58,921 bases of DNA from a virus. Taxonomy: Duplodnaviria > Caudoviricetes. Every line of letters starts with the position of its first letter. Positions within the stretch are counted from its first letter, which is position 1. A model generated the notes under the pieces. That model worked only from the letters and a program-made list of their open reading frames with translations, ran no database searches and was not told the DNA's origin. Below are positions 1-9,405 of the stretch, one piece after another. Location of the stretch: positions 1-58,921 of the IMG/VR virus record IMGVR_UViG_3300049793_000053, one strand, 5' to 3'. The position numbers were made by a program, and so were the translations under genes.

Positions 1-37
1 TAGAGAGTCTAGCAGTAGTTGAAATGATTAAGGAATT

Positions 38-99
38 TGGAGCCTGTACGTCGCTATACGTGGATATGGTCTAGCGACCTACATGCTCCATTTTGGAGC
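38..99. repeat. Imperfect inverted repeat (19-bp arms) in an AT-richer segment upstream of terS
   Basis: TGGAGCcTGTAcGTCGCTA (38-56) pairs with TAGCGACcTACAtGCTCCA (72-90), 17/19 matches, 15-nt spacer; alternative hairpin GCTCCA-TTT-TGGAGC at 85-99. Confidence 0.7.
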
Positions 100-253
100 G
101 GTTCTGACGTTCACTGGTAAGACCACTTCGGCGTCGTTCGAGTACTCGAGTCGCTGTGTCCAGGCCGTCGCGGCTTGACGGTGGGCAACCGGGCGCGCGA
201 TGCTGGTCGCGAGAATTCCGCGCCATTGGCGGGATGGCACGAGAACCGCGATC

Positions 254-1057
254 ATGGGCGAACCAGACAAGCAGAGCTCGGACGAGCCTAAGCGTCGATC
301 AGGCTTGACAACGGGCGCGCTTGTGATCTCGGACGGGCTACGTGACATCGAGGCGCGACGCGACGTCGGTGTCGATCCACCGATCGACGGCACGATCGCG
401 ATCGGGTTCAACGCCGTCACCGGCGAGGAGATCCACGGAACGCTCGTCCCGTGGAAGCTGCCGCGGCCGCCGGATGCACCACCTCCGCGCGCGGCGATCG
501 GTCCGACGCCGAACCACGAGCGACGCGCGTACGTCGAGCAGCTGTGGCGCGCGATGTACTCGCGCGGCGAGATCGTTGCCATCGTCTGCAAGCGGTTTCC
601 AGGGACGACGCCGCCGACGGTCGACAAGGACATCGCGCGCGTCAAAAAGATCTACCTCGAGACGGCGCGCGATCCTGATCGCGTCGAGCTCGCGCGCGAG
701 CAAATGGTCGGCATGCTGGTCGATCTGCAACGCGAGGCGCGAGCGTCGGGCGATCGCTCGACGGCGCGGTTTGCACTCGACAAGATCGCCAAGATCCAAG
801 GGCTGTACGCGCCGATCAAGATCGAAACGACCGAGAACCACGTGCACACGGTCGCGTTGTCGCTCGAAGAAATGGTTGGAGCACTCGACGAGGAAGGCCG
901 CAAAGCGCTCGAGCTTGTGCTCGCGCAGGTCGAGCGCGCTGGGATCAAGCCGCCCGAGCTGCCGGCCGCGGGCAACCTGTTGCGCCTACCGGGCGGCCGG
1001 GTGATCGATGCGGCGTCGGATGAGGTTGACGACGACGACGACTGCGGCGAGGATTAA
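254..1057 (+). CDS. terS: Probable terminase small subunit
   Basis: HTH-like segment (VEQLWRAMYSRGEIVAIVCKRF..TVDKDIARV), 'ALDKIAKIQGLYAPIKIE' motif typical of TerS, first gene of the packaging operon; start chosen at ATG 254. Confidence 0.65.
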   Translation: MGEPDKQSSDEPKRRSGLTTGALVISDGLRDIEARRDVGVDPPIDGTIAIGFNAVTGEEIHGTLVPWKLPRPPDAPPPRAAIGPTPNHERRAYVEQLWRAMYSRGEIVAIVCKRFPGTTPPTVDKDIARVKKIYLETARDPDRVELAREQMVGMLVDLQREARASGDRSTARFALDKIAKIQGLYAPIKIETTENHVHTVALSLEEMVGALDEEGRKALELVLAQVERAGIKPPELPAAGNLLRLPGGRVIDAASDEVDDDDDCGED

Positions 1058-1064
1058 CGGCTAT

Positions 1065-1081
1065 GGCTGACAACGTCAACA
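1065..1081 (+). promoter_or_regulatory. Copy of the TGTTGAC-N3-GTCAACA operator-like palindrome
   Basis: GGCTGACAACGTCAACA, 15/17 match to the copies at 54092 and 58552 read on the - strand. Confidence 0.6.
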
Positions 1082-1094
1082 CTGAGAGCGCGCG

Positions 1095-1262
1095 ATGATT
1101 AAGCGGATCAAGATCACGCACTTTTCGCTCGTCCCGCTCACGTCACTCGACAATCCGCAGTGTCGGTGCGTGATCGCGCAACGCTTCATCGCACCGACGC
1201 CTGTCGGCACGTTGACGGCGCGACTGATGGCGACGCTGCCGGCGGCCGGAGTCGCGCGATGA
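1095..1262 (+). CDS. Small hypothetical protein (55 aa, MIKRIKITH...LPAAGVAR)
   Basis: Translated by hand; ATGA overlap with the next gene. Confidence 0.5.
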   Translation: MIKRIKITHFSLVPLTSLDNPQCRCVIAQRFIAPTPVGTLTARLMATLPAAGVAR

Positions 1263-1543
1263 GCGCGCGCATGCTCAAGATGCCCTGTGAGCTCTCGTTC
1301 GAGCTCTATGCTGAGGTCGTGATCACGTCCGATGCTGCTGTCGCTTCGGTGCGCGAGGGTGCCGCCGAGCTCGCCGCATTCGTGGAGGAGCTTCGGCTGA
1401 TCGTCGACGATCCGCACGCACCGCGTGAGGTGATCACCGATCGAGCTCGAGCCGCGGTCGAATCGTGGTTCAGGATCGCCGGATCGATCCCATGGCGTGC
1501 ACCGGATGCGATGCCACTACCGGCGGCCGGAGTCGCACGGTGA
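1259..1543 (+). CDS. Hypothetical protein
   Basis: GGAG SD before ATG 1259; stop/start overlaps at both ends. Confidence 0.6.
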   Translation: MSARMLKMPCELSFELYAEVVITSDAAVASVREGAAELAAFVEELRLIVDDPHAPREVITDRARAAVESWFRIAGSIPWRAPDAMPLPAAGVAR

Positions 1544-2046
1544 TCGCGTTCTACGTCAATCCGTTCCACCGACGGTGGATCATCGCGCGGCTACGTGCAC
1601 CGTCGAAGCTGATCGCGTTCGCCTGTCGGCTCGGCCGCGACGTCGGTGTCGAGATCGAGCGCGGCTTGCGCGCGTGGTCCCCCGAGCTCGTCGAACAGGT
1701 TCGCGGGTGGCTTGCGCAAGTGCAGTACGTCCCCGACGAGTTTCGCGCGCGACTCGTCGGCGAGGCGCGTGAGATCTTCTACGAGCGTCAAGAGCGCTTC
1801 GTGATCACGCACGAGAACAGCGCACCGCCGTCGACGATCGAGCCGGCGAAGTGCGAGCGCTGCTACGGCCGCGGCTACCGCAACGACTCCGACGGCAGCG
1901 AGGTCGATGGAACGTTCGACTTCGTCGAGGTGTACTGCGATTGCACTGCCGGCGATCGCTTGCGCGCTGCCGACGAGCGGCCGCGGTGCACGGACTGCGG
2001 CGGCGGCACTTGCTTGTGCGAGCAGCTCGCCACGGGGCACGCATGA
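1540..2046 (+). CDS. Hypothetical protein with C-terminal Cys-rich Zn-finger-like motifs
   Basis: CERCYGRG, YCDC, CTDCGGGTCLC; GTGA coupling. Confidence 0.6.
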   Translation: MIAFYVNPFHRRWIIARLRAPSKLIAFACRLGRDVGVEIERGLRAWSPELVEQVRGWLAQVQYVPDEFRARLVGEAREIFYERQERFVITHENSAPPSTIEPAKCERCYGRGYRNDSDGSEVDGTFDFVEVYCDCTAGDRLRAADERPRCTDCGGGTCLCEQLATGHA

Positions 2047-2195
2047 TCGTCGTGATCCGGATCAGGAAACCGCGCACGTTCGAGGTCGTGCTCGAAGCCG
2101 AATACAAGAGCGCGGCCGCCGTGGCGCAGCGTCTCCGCAACGACGGGCACAACGCTCGCGTTGCGGCCGGCGAGGTGATCGTGAGCGCGGAATGA
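2043..2195 (+). CDS. Small hypothetical protein
   Basis: ATGA overlaps at both ends (MIVVIRIRKPRTFEV...). Confidence 0.5.
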   Translation: MIVVIRIRKPRTFEVVLEAEYKSAAAVAQRLRNDGHNARVAAGEVIVSAE

Positions 2196-2551
2196 CGGAC
2201 TGGAAACCGCTCACGCTGCCGACCGCACCGCCGAAGAAAACCGGACCGTCGCGCGTGACGTGCTGGTACATCCCGGTTCTACGTCGCGATCAGGAGCGTC
2301 GTCGCGCGCGCAAGCGTCGGCTCAAGCGTGACGAGATGCTGTGCGGTCGGCCGGTCGTCGCGATCTACACGCACGTGTTGGATCTCGCGGCCGACCGCGA
2401 CGCGCTGCCGATCATGTGCGCGTGCCGCAAGCACGACAACGTGATGCAGCTGCGGATCCGCACGCGCGACCCTGCGGATCGTGCGCTCGCTGGTCTGATC
2501 CGTCGTGAGGTCGCAACGTCGATCGTCGTCGAGAAAGTCGTCGATCGGTGA
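2192..2551 (+). CDS. Hypothetical basic protein
   Basis: Coupled ORF chain; MTDWKPLTLP... Confidence 0.55.
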   Translation: MTDWKPLTLPTAPPKKTGPSRVTCWYIPVLRRDQERRRARKRRLKRDEMLCGRPVVAIYTHVLDLAADRDALPIMCACRKHDNVMQLRIRTRDPADRALAGLIRREVATSIVVEKVVDR

Positions 2552-2826
2552 ACGCACGCGACGTCAAGATCGAAGCGATCCGATCGATCCACGCACTGAT
2601 CGCCGGCGGCGGTGTGCGTCTGCCGATCGCACGTATCGCGCGTGCGCCGTGGCGAGCTCGAGCTCGAGCGTGGTTCCGTTACAGCTTCGTGTTCGGCGTG
2701 CGCTGCCGGACGTGTGGCGTGCGCTGCAACGCGTTCGACGTGCCGTTCGAGCAGTGCCTCGAGTGCTGGTTCTGGTACGAGCGATCGGATGCTCCGTGGG
2801 TCGTCGCGAACCGGCGGCCGGGCTGA
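2548..2826 (+). CDS. Hypothetical Cys-containing protein
   Basis: CRTC..C..CLEC; coupled to neighbouring genes. Confidence 0.5.
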   Translation: MNARDVKIEAIRSIHALIAGGGVRLPIARIARAPWRARARAWFRYSFVFGVRCRTCGVRCNAFDVPFEQCLECWFWYERSDAPWVVANRRPG

Positions 2827-2829
2827 TCG

Positions 2830-4653
2830 ATGTTGCCTGCCAAGCTCGGCGCAGCGCCCGTCACGCTCGTCGGCCTCGCGGCCGCGAACATCCGACGTGC
2901 GTACGATGAGATCGCCAAGGCGCGCGCGATCGCGTCGCTGATCTCGTTCGTCGAGCTGTTTTGGCCGATCATCGAACCGCGCCAACCGTTCGTGCGTGGC
3001 TGGGTTCAGGAAGCGATCGCGCGGCATCTCGAGGCGGTCTCGCGCGGCGAGATCGACAAGCTGTTGATCAACGTGCCGCCCGGGTTCAGCAAGAGCACGC
3101 TCGTCAACGTGTTCTTTGCGGCGTGGGAGTGGGGGCCTGGTCGTCGTCCCGATCTGCGTTACATCAGCTGGTCATACGCGATCCGGTTGACGAAGCGTGA
3201 TAACGGCCTGTGTCGGAAGATCATCGAAAGCGAGCTCTACCAACGGTTGTGGGGGCAGTGCGAACCGTGCAAGGCGCGGATCTCGAGTGCGCCGCGCTGC
3301 GCGAAGTGCGAAAAAGAAAAGCGGTTCCGCCTCGACGACGATCAGAATTCGATCGTCTTGTACCGGAACGATTGGGGCGGATTTCGGTTCGCGAGCTCGA
3401 TCGGCGGCGGCGGTACCGGGTACCGCGCCGATCGTCTGATCTTCGACGATCCGCACAGCGTACAAACGGCCGAGTCGGATGCGCAGCGACAGGAAACGAT
3501 CGATTGGTTCGCCGGCACGTTGCCGTCACGCGTGCGCAACACCGACGGATCCGTCGGCGCGAAGATCAAGTTGCCCGACTGGGTTCGGCGCGCGCACAAC
3601 GTCGACGAGGATGCCGAGGACGAGCAGCCCGTCAAGTCGGCCACGATCGGGATCATGCAACGCGTTCACCTCCGCGACGTGTCGGGCGTGATCCTCGAGA
3701 CGCCGGCGCTCGGCTATCAGCATCTCTTGATCGAGATGGAATACGCCGGCAACGAGCATCCGGCGCGCGTTGCCAATGACAACGGACGCGCGGCATCGCC
3801 GGGCACAGCGATCGGGTACATCGATCCGCGGCGTGCGCTGCTTGCATCGGTGCCGGAGGATCTGCCGGGTGACGACGCGCTATCGCAGATCGGAAACGTG
3901 TTCGCGCGCATCGGGATCGATCGCGCGACGCTCGCCGATCCGGTTCGCTACCCTCGGCACGAGTACGAAAAGCTCAAGCATCAGCTGTTGCTCAAGAGCG
4001 GATCGAACGCCGACGCCGCGCAGTACAAGCAGTGGCCGCAAGAGGACGGCGGCGACTACTTCCCGATCGAGATCGGTCGCAAGAACATCATTTCCGTCGC
4101 TGATCTGCTGCCGGCGAAGTGCGGGTTTCAGACGCGCGGCTGGGATCTCGCGGCGACGGACAGCAACAAAGCGGCCGCGACGTGCGGCACGAAGGGATGG
4201 ATCGACACGAAGGATCGCGTGATCATCCGGCACGTCGCGAAGTTGCGCGGCGGGCCCGACGCCGTCGAGGCATTTCTCAAGACGACCGCCAAGAATGACG
4301 GCGCGAACGTCCGGCAGGATCTACCGAAGGATCCCGGCGCGGCCGGCAAGGTCGTCGCGCACAGCTACACGAAGCTGTTGATCGGCCACGACGTCGCGAC
4401 GTCCCCCGAGCTCGGCTCGAAAGTGATCCGCGCGAACCCGCTGTCGGCGCAGTGGAAGATCGGAAACGTCTATCTCGTCGACGATGGCACGTGGGACGTC
4501 AAAGAGTACCTGCGGATCATGTCCGAGTTTCCGGTCGGCACGTTCAAAGACGAAGTTGACGCGACGGTGCGCATGCTCGACTCTCAGGTGCGAGCGCCCG
4601 TCGTTCAACGACCGCACGGCGGCCGGCGCGTGGCACTCGACGAGGACGCATGA
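2830..4653 (+). CDS. terL: Terminase large subunit
   Basis: LLINVPPGFSKST (Walker A), GTGYRADRLIFDDPH (Walker B), IMQRVH, RGWDLAA nuclease motif, FPVGTFKDEVDA. Confidence 0.93.
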   Translation: MLPAKLGAAPVTLVGLAAANIRRAYDEIAKARAIASLISFVELFWPIIEPRQPFVRGWVQEAIARHLEAVSRGEIDKLLINVPPGFSKSTLVNVFFAAWEWGPGRRPDLRYISWSYAIRLTKRDNGLCRKIIESELYQRLWGQCEPCKARISSAPRCAKCEKEKRFRLDDDQNSIVLYRNDWGGFRFASSIGGGGTGYRADRLIFDDPHSVQTAESDAQRQETIDWFAGTLPSRVRNTDGSVGAKIKLPDWVRRAHNVDEDAEDEQPVKSATIGIMQRVHLRDVSGVILETPALGYQHLLIEMEYAGNEHPARVANDNGRAASPGTAIGYIDPRRALLASVPEDLPGDDALSQIGNVFARIGIDRATLADPVRYPRHEYEKLKHQLLLKSGSNADAAQYKQWPQEDGGDYFPIEIGRKNIISVADLLPAKCGFQTRGWDLAATDSNKAAATCGTKGWIDTKDRVIIRHVAKLRGGPDAVEAFLKTTAKNDGANVRQDLPKDPGAAGKVVAHSYTKLLIGHDVATSPELGSKVIRANPLSAQWKIGNVYLVDDGTWDVKEYLRIMSEFPVGTFKDEVDATVRMLDSQVRAPVVQRPHGGRRVALDEDA

Positions 4654-6356
4654 CCCGAACCCGACAGACGAAGAAAACGAAAGCCGCTCGACTCGCGTAC
4701 ATCAACGCGAAAGCCGAGCGCTCGGGTGCGCTCGTCAAGGCCGGAGGTTCGCTCGCGTCGATGGCTTCGAGCGTCGAGAACCGTCCGACGTCGCCGTCGA
4801 TCAAGCCGCCCGGCACGCCGCCCGGCGATGAGAAACCGCAAGGGTCCGACGGCGTCTCGAGTTACGGCGGCTACATTTCCGTCGGTGAGACGCATCCCGA
4901 TCTGATCGGCGAGAACCTGTGGCGCACGTACGCGAAGATCCTCGGCGGTACGATCATCGTCGCGGCCGCGGTGCGCTACGCGTTGAACCTGATCGGCGGT
5001 GTGACGTGGACGGCCGAGCCGAACCCGCACGCCAAGGATCAGCGGATGGCGAAAAAGTGCGCCGAGCTCGTCGGCTTCGGCTTGCTCGATGCCGACATGC
5101 CGTTGCCGTGGCAGATGCACGCGAAAAAGGCCGCGCTCTATCGGTGGTATGGGTTCTCGCTGCACAACTGGATCATGCGCACGCGATCCGATGGTGTTCG
5201 CGTGTTCGCCGATCTGCAACACCGGCCGCAGCAGACGATCAAGCAGTGGGACATCCCAGCCGAGGGGATGCCATGGGTCGGCGTGATCCAGCAGACGCGC
5301 ACCGGCGGGCTCTACTACGTCGAGCGATCGCGATCGTTCTACTGCGTCGATCTGTCGATCACCGATCAGCCTGCCGGCGTCGGGCTCTTGCGCCATGTCG
5401 CCGAGCACGCGCGCCGGCTCGAGCGCGCCGAACAGATCGAGGCGTACGGCTACGATGCGAACCTCCGCGGCGTTCCACTGTGCCGCGCACCGCTCGCCGA
5501 GCTCTACAACTACGCAGTCGCGCACCCCGAGCTCGGCGATCCCGATGCGTACGTCGACGATCAGGTGCACACGATGGACGTGTTTCTCAAGAACCACGTG
5601 AAGTCGTCGAACCAGGGATACATGATGGACAGCGCGGTCTATCTGTCCAACGACACCGCCGGTGCGACGCCGAGCGGCACGCCGAAATGGGCGATCGAGC
5701 TCCTCAAGGGCGACGACATGTCGCTCGCCGAGGCCGCGCAGTGGATCGAGCGGATCAACCGCGAGATCGCACGCGTGTTGTCGGCCGAGTACATGCTCCT
5801 CGGTGACGGCGATGCCGGATCGAACGCGATGCACACGGACAAGACGGCGCAGCAAGGCGCGATGCTCAACGCCACGCTCGGCGAGATCGCCGCGTTCGCA
5901 CGCAACGATCTCGCGCGGCCGCTCGTCGCGCGCAACTTCGGCGCGAAAGTCGCCGAGGACTGCACGCCGATCATCACGCCGTCACCGATCTGCGTCGACG
6001 ATCTGCGCGTCGCGACGGGCGCGATGCTCGACATGGTCAACGCCGGCGCCTACGTGCCGCCCGATGATCCGGCATGGGCCGTGCTGCGCGATCGCGGCGC
6101 GCTGCCGCCGCCGATGCGCATCCCGCCGGCGATGCTCGGCGCGTTGCAGCGCGTGCCCCGGCAGAACATCGCCGACAACGGCGGTTCGACGGTCGTCGAT
6201 CCGAACAAGCCGCCGCCGCCGACTGATCCGAACAAGCCGCAACCGCCGTCGACGGACGACGGCGGGAAGCCAAAGCCGGGTACCGACGCGAGCAACGCGC
6301 CGGCCGATCAACTACGCGCCGGCGGCGAAGGCGCGCCGGGAAAGCAGGCCGCGTGA
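4650..6356 (+). CDS. Portal protein
   Basis: Directly follows terL; 568 aa; 'YGFSLHNW', 'PAGVGLLRHV', 'IERINREIARVL' resemble Mu gp29/DUF935-type portals; Pro-rich C-terminal tail. Confidence 0.8.
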   Translation: MTRTRQTKKTKAARLAYINAKAERSGALVKAGGSLASMASSVENRPTSPSIKPPGTPPGDEKPQGSDGVSSYGGYISVGETHPDLIGENLWRTYAKILGGTIIVAAAVRYALNLIGGVTWTAEPNPHAKDQRMAKKCAELVGFGLLDADMPLPWQMHAKKAALYRWYGFSLHNWIMRTRSDGVRVFADLQHRPQQTIKQWDIPAEGMPWVGVIQQTRTGGLYYVERSRSFYCVDLSITDQPAGVGLLRHVAEHARRLERAEQIEAYGYDANLRGVPLCRAPLAELYNYAVAHPELGDPDAYVDDQVHTMDVFLKNHVKSSNQGYMMDSAVYLSNDTAGATPSGTPKWAIELLKGDDMSLAEAAQWIERINREIARVLSAEYMLLGDGDAGSNAMHTDKTAQQGAMLNATLGEIAAFARNDLARPLVARNFGAKVAEDCTPIITPSPICVDDLRVATGAMLDMVNAGAYVPPDDPAWAVLRDRGALPPPMRIPPAMLGALQRVPRQNIADNGGSTVVDPNKPPPPTDPNKPQPPSTDDGGKPKPGTDASNAPADQLRAGGEGAPGKQAA

Positions 6357-6958
6357 CGTTCAACGTAACCGTCGGACCCAACACCGCCGAAGTCTACGGC
6401 GGGATCACCGCATGCATCGCGTACCTGTCGTGGAATAGCGACGCAGCTGCGCAAGCGTTCGCAAACCTGTCGACCGACGATCAGAGCAAGCGACTCGTCG
6501 ACGCGACGCGATGGATCGATCGCAAGGTATGGGCCGGCGCACCGACGACGCCGGCCGTCGGCGGTACCACGTTGCAGTGGCCGCGTACCGGCGTGACGGT
6601 GCGCGTGAACAACGCGATCGTCGTGGTCGATCCCAACACGGTGCCGGTTGACGTCGTCAACGGATGCTTCGAGCTCGCCGCGCTCGCCGCGGCGGATCCG
6701 TCCGTGCTCACGGCGGCATCGACGGCGAGCAACGTGCAGTCGTTGCAGGCCGGCTCGGCCGGGATCGGATTCTTTCAACCGACGTCGCTCGCGAACGGTA
6801 CCGCGACGTTGTTTCCGACGATCATCGAGCAGCTACTCGCGAAGTATCGCCCCGGCGGTACGTCGACAGGGAGCTCGCGAGCGGGCACGTTCGCCGGTGC
6901 CGACGGCTGCTCGCGCTTCGACGACTGCGCCGTGATTTCGCGAAAGATCCCGTTCTAG
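6353..6958 (+). CDS. Head-tail connector (DnaT-like-annotated family)
   Basis: LVDATRWID...LQWPRTGV...VPVDVVNGCFELA motif typical of these adaptors. Confidence 0.7.
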   Translation: MTFNVTVGPNTAEVYGGITACIAYLSWNSDAAAQAFANLSTDDQSKRLVDATRWIDRKVWAGAPTTPAVGGTTLQWPRTGVTVRVNNAIVVVDPNTVPVDVVNGCFELAALAAADPSVLTAASTASNVQSLQAGSAGIGFFQPTSLANGTATLFPTIIEQLLAKYRPGGTSTGSSRAGTFAGADGCSRFDDCAVISRKIPF

Positions 6959-7210
6959 CGACGGCCGCGGCGAGCGCGCAACGACATCGCGCGCCGGCGA
7001 GCGGCTTTCCGATCGTCGCGCCGCATCGTCGCGCTACGCACGTCCGATGGATGACGAGCTCGAGCTCCATCGGCGCGCGTGTCGCCGGTGTGCAGGAGTC
7101 GCAGCGGCTTCGATCGCGACATGCGGCCGCGGCCGCCGATGGAGAGTCCGAGCGTAGTAACAGCTGCCAGCGTTTGATTGATCATCGCGCCATCGTAGTA
7201 GTCTGTTGCC

Positions 7211-7621
7211 ATGGGTAACAACCTCTTTGGTGCGAATATCTCGGGGCAGCTCAAAGCCGCGTTTGCCGGCAAGCTGTTGACAGCACAACTCCGTCGCGCG
7301 ACACCGACGACGCGCGATCCGGCGCATCCGGCGCAGGGCACCGCGCCGGCGCACACCGTGTGGACCGGGCTAAACGGATTCGTCGAGGCGTATCAGACGA
7401 ACATGATCGGCAAGCAGGTCGCGAGCGCGGCCGCTGGGATCGACACGACGATCCGCGCCGGCGACACGAAGGTGTCGATCCTCGGCGACACGATCCCTGC
7501 GGCCGCCGGCGATCCGCAGGGCAACGACGAGATTTTCATCGAGAGTCGGTGGCGCAAGGTCGTCGGGATCGACGGCCGCGATCCGGATCGCGCGATGTTC
7601 ACTTTGCATTGCCGCGGCTGA
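7211..7621 (+). CDS. Probable head-closure/neck protein
   Basis: Position; C-terminal 'IRAGDTKVSIL..PQGNDEI..DPDRAMFTLHCR' pattern. Confidence 0.55.
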   Translation: MGNNLFGANISGQLKAAFAGKLLTAQLRRATPTTRDPAHPAQGTAPAHTVWTGLNGFVEAYQTNMIGKQVASAAAGIDTTIRAGDTKVSILGDTIPAAAGDPQGNDEIFIESRWRKVVGIDGRDPDRAMFTLHCRG

Positions 7622-7639
7622 TCGGTGAGAGTGGCAACC

Positions 7640-8047
7640 ATGCCCGAGAACACCGCCACCAATCCCGACACCGTCAACACCGCACTCGATGCCGCGACGA
7701 CTCCGATGCCGAAGCCGACGAGCTCGCCGCAGCGGCCGTCGATCGGTCGCGTCGTCCTCTACGCGCACGCGTGCGCGACCTATCCCAAGGTGCCGCGCTT
7801 CGACGAGGCCGGAACGCAGCTCGCCGATCCCGAGACGGGCGAGCTCCTCTACGACGTCGGTGCGCCGCAGGAAACGGTCGTCGTGCTCGGCGGATCGATC
7901 TCGTGGGTGAACGAGGACGGCACCGTCAACATCGACATGTACAACGACGGAACGCACAACATCGGGTTGCGCACCGGCGTCGCGTACGGTGGTGACGTGT
8001 CCGATCGCGACGCGGTCGGCACGTGGGCGTTCCCCCCGCGCGTCTGA
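7640..8047 (+). CDS. Hypothetical phage protein
   Basis: PSIGRVVLY...DGTVNI...WAFPPRV, a pattern recurring in small phage proteins. Confidence 0.6.
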   Translation: MPENTATNPDTVNTALDAATTPMPKPTSSPQRPSIGRVVLYAHACATYPKVPRFDEAGTQLADPETGELLYDVGAPQETVVVLGGSISWVNEDGTVNIDMYNDGTHNIGLRTGVAYGGDVSDRDAVGTWAFPPRV

Positions 8048-8085
8048 TCTGGCGTGTGGTGCGCGGCCTCTGATACGGTGGCCGC

Positions 8086-8352
8086 ATGTCCAAGTTTGAT
8101 CCCGCGCGCGCCATGTTCACCGCCGAATCGCTCGAGCCGGCAACCGATCCCGTCGGCACCGTCGTCGGCTACTACTTGAAGCTCGCGAACGACAAGGGAG
8201 AGATCTTCGTCTCCGAGCAGTTCGTGCGCGACCACTTCACCGCCGCACCGTCGGTGATCAAGCCGACCGCACCGGCGGCCGACACGCTCGCCGGCGCCGC
8301 GGCCGCGTCCGAAGCGAAAGCGGACGCCGGGATCCCATTCAAGAAAGCGTGA
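8086..8352 (+). CDS. Hypothetical protein
   Basis: Coding-like ORF; TACGGT-N6-ATG upstream. Confidence 0.6.
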   Translation: MSKFDPARAMFTAESLEPATDPVGTVVGYYLKLANDKGEIFVSEQFVRDHFTAAPSVIKPTAPAADTLAGAAAASEAKADAGIPFKKA

Positions 8353-8358
8353 TCGCGG

Positions 8359-9312
8359 GTGACCGCCGACGACATGGATCGGCTGATCGCCGGACTCGAG
8401 GAGCAACTCGGGGTCGGCTGGGTCGAAGTCGTCGAGTTTCTGCGATCGCAGAACAGCGTTGACGACATCGCGGCGGCGATCGCGCGCGGCGACATCGACG
8501 GTGCGGTGCAGGGGATCACTGACGCCGCGACGCGATGGGCGTCGCACGCGAACAACGCGACCGATGTCGCCGGTCGCGCCGCGGCCGAGTGGCTCGACAG
8601 CAAGGTCGATGGCTCGCTGATCTCGTACGACACCGCGAACCCGCGCGCGATCCAGCACGCGCAGCTCAACCGCTACCACTTGATCCGCGAGGTCACCGAC
8701 GATCAGCGCGAGATGGTTCGGCAGGTTGTCACGCGCGGGATCGCGAACGGCACGAACCCGCTCGACACCGCCGAGGAAGTGCGCACCGGAATCGGGTTGA
8801 CCGCGTCGCAAGAGGCGATCGTCGCGAACTACCGGCGCGAGCTCCGCACCGGCGACTACCAGGGTGCGCTCGATCGCGAGCTGTCGAGCGGGCACAGCGA
8901 TCGCGTCGTGCGAAACGCGATGCGCGACGGTCGCGCGCTCACCGAGCAGCAGATCAACACCGCCGTCGATCGCTACCGTGACAACTGGACGGTGTACCGC
9001 GCGCAGACGATCTCACGCACCGAGACGTTGCGTGCGGTGCACGAGGGATCCCACGAGCTCTACGAACAGGCGCTCGACAAGGGGCAGATCTCGCGCGATG
9101 AGATCTCGCGCGAGTGGGTCGTCGGTCCGCGCACCGGCAAGGACTCGCCGCGGCCGTGGCACGCGTCGATGGACGGACAGCGGCGCGGACTCGGCGAGTC
9201 GTTCGTCGACGGGCACGGCAATCACCTCGCGTACCCGGGCGACCCCCACGCGCCAGCCGACACCACGATCAACTGTCGGTGCGTCGTGTCGACGCGCTAC
9301 AACCCGGCGTGA
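8359..9312 (+). CDS. Minor head/morphogenesis protein (Mu gpF / SPP1 gp7-like)
   Basis: RAQTISRTETLRA, RPWHASMDGQ, YPGDP..INCRC. Confidence 0.88.
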   Translation: MTADDMDRLIAGLEEQLGVGWVEVVEFLRSQNSVDDIAAAIARGDIDGAVQGITDAATRWASHANNATDVAGRAAAEWLDSKVDGSLISYDTANPRAIQHAQLNRYHLIREVTDDQREMVRQVVTRGIANGTNPLDTAEEVRTGIGLTASQEAIVANYRRELRTGDYQGALDRELSSGHSDRVVRNAMRDGRALTEQQINTAVDRYRDNWTVYRAQTISRTETLRAVHEGSHELYEQALDKGQISRDEISREWVVGPRTGKDSPRPWHASMDGQRRGLGESFVDGHGNHLAYPGDPHAPADTTINCRCVVSTRYNPA

Positions 9313-9328
9313 TCGGCGTCGCTCGCTC

Positions 9329-9405
9329 CTCGAGGTCGTCGTGATCACCGTCGTCGTTACCGTCTCGAGGTCGTCGTGCGTTACCGTCTCGAGGTCGTCG
9401 TGATC
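9329..9405. repeat. 24-bp perfect tandem duplication plus an upstream partial copy
   Basis: CGTTACCGTCTCGAGGTCGTCGTG at 9355-9378 and 9379-9402; CTCGAGGTCGTCGTGATC at 9329-9346. Confidence 0.9.

Noticed and set aside
9329-9405. CRISPR mini-array
   Set aside because: The repeats are directly adjacent with no unique spacers of regular length, and there are no cas genes.
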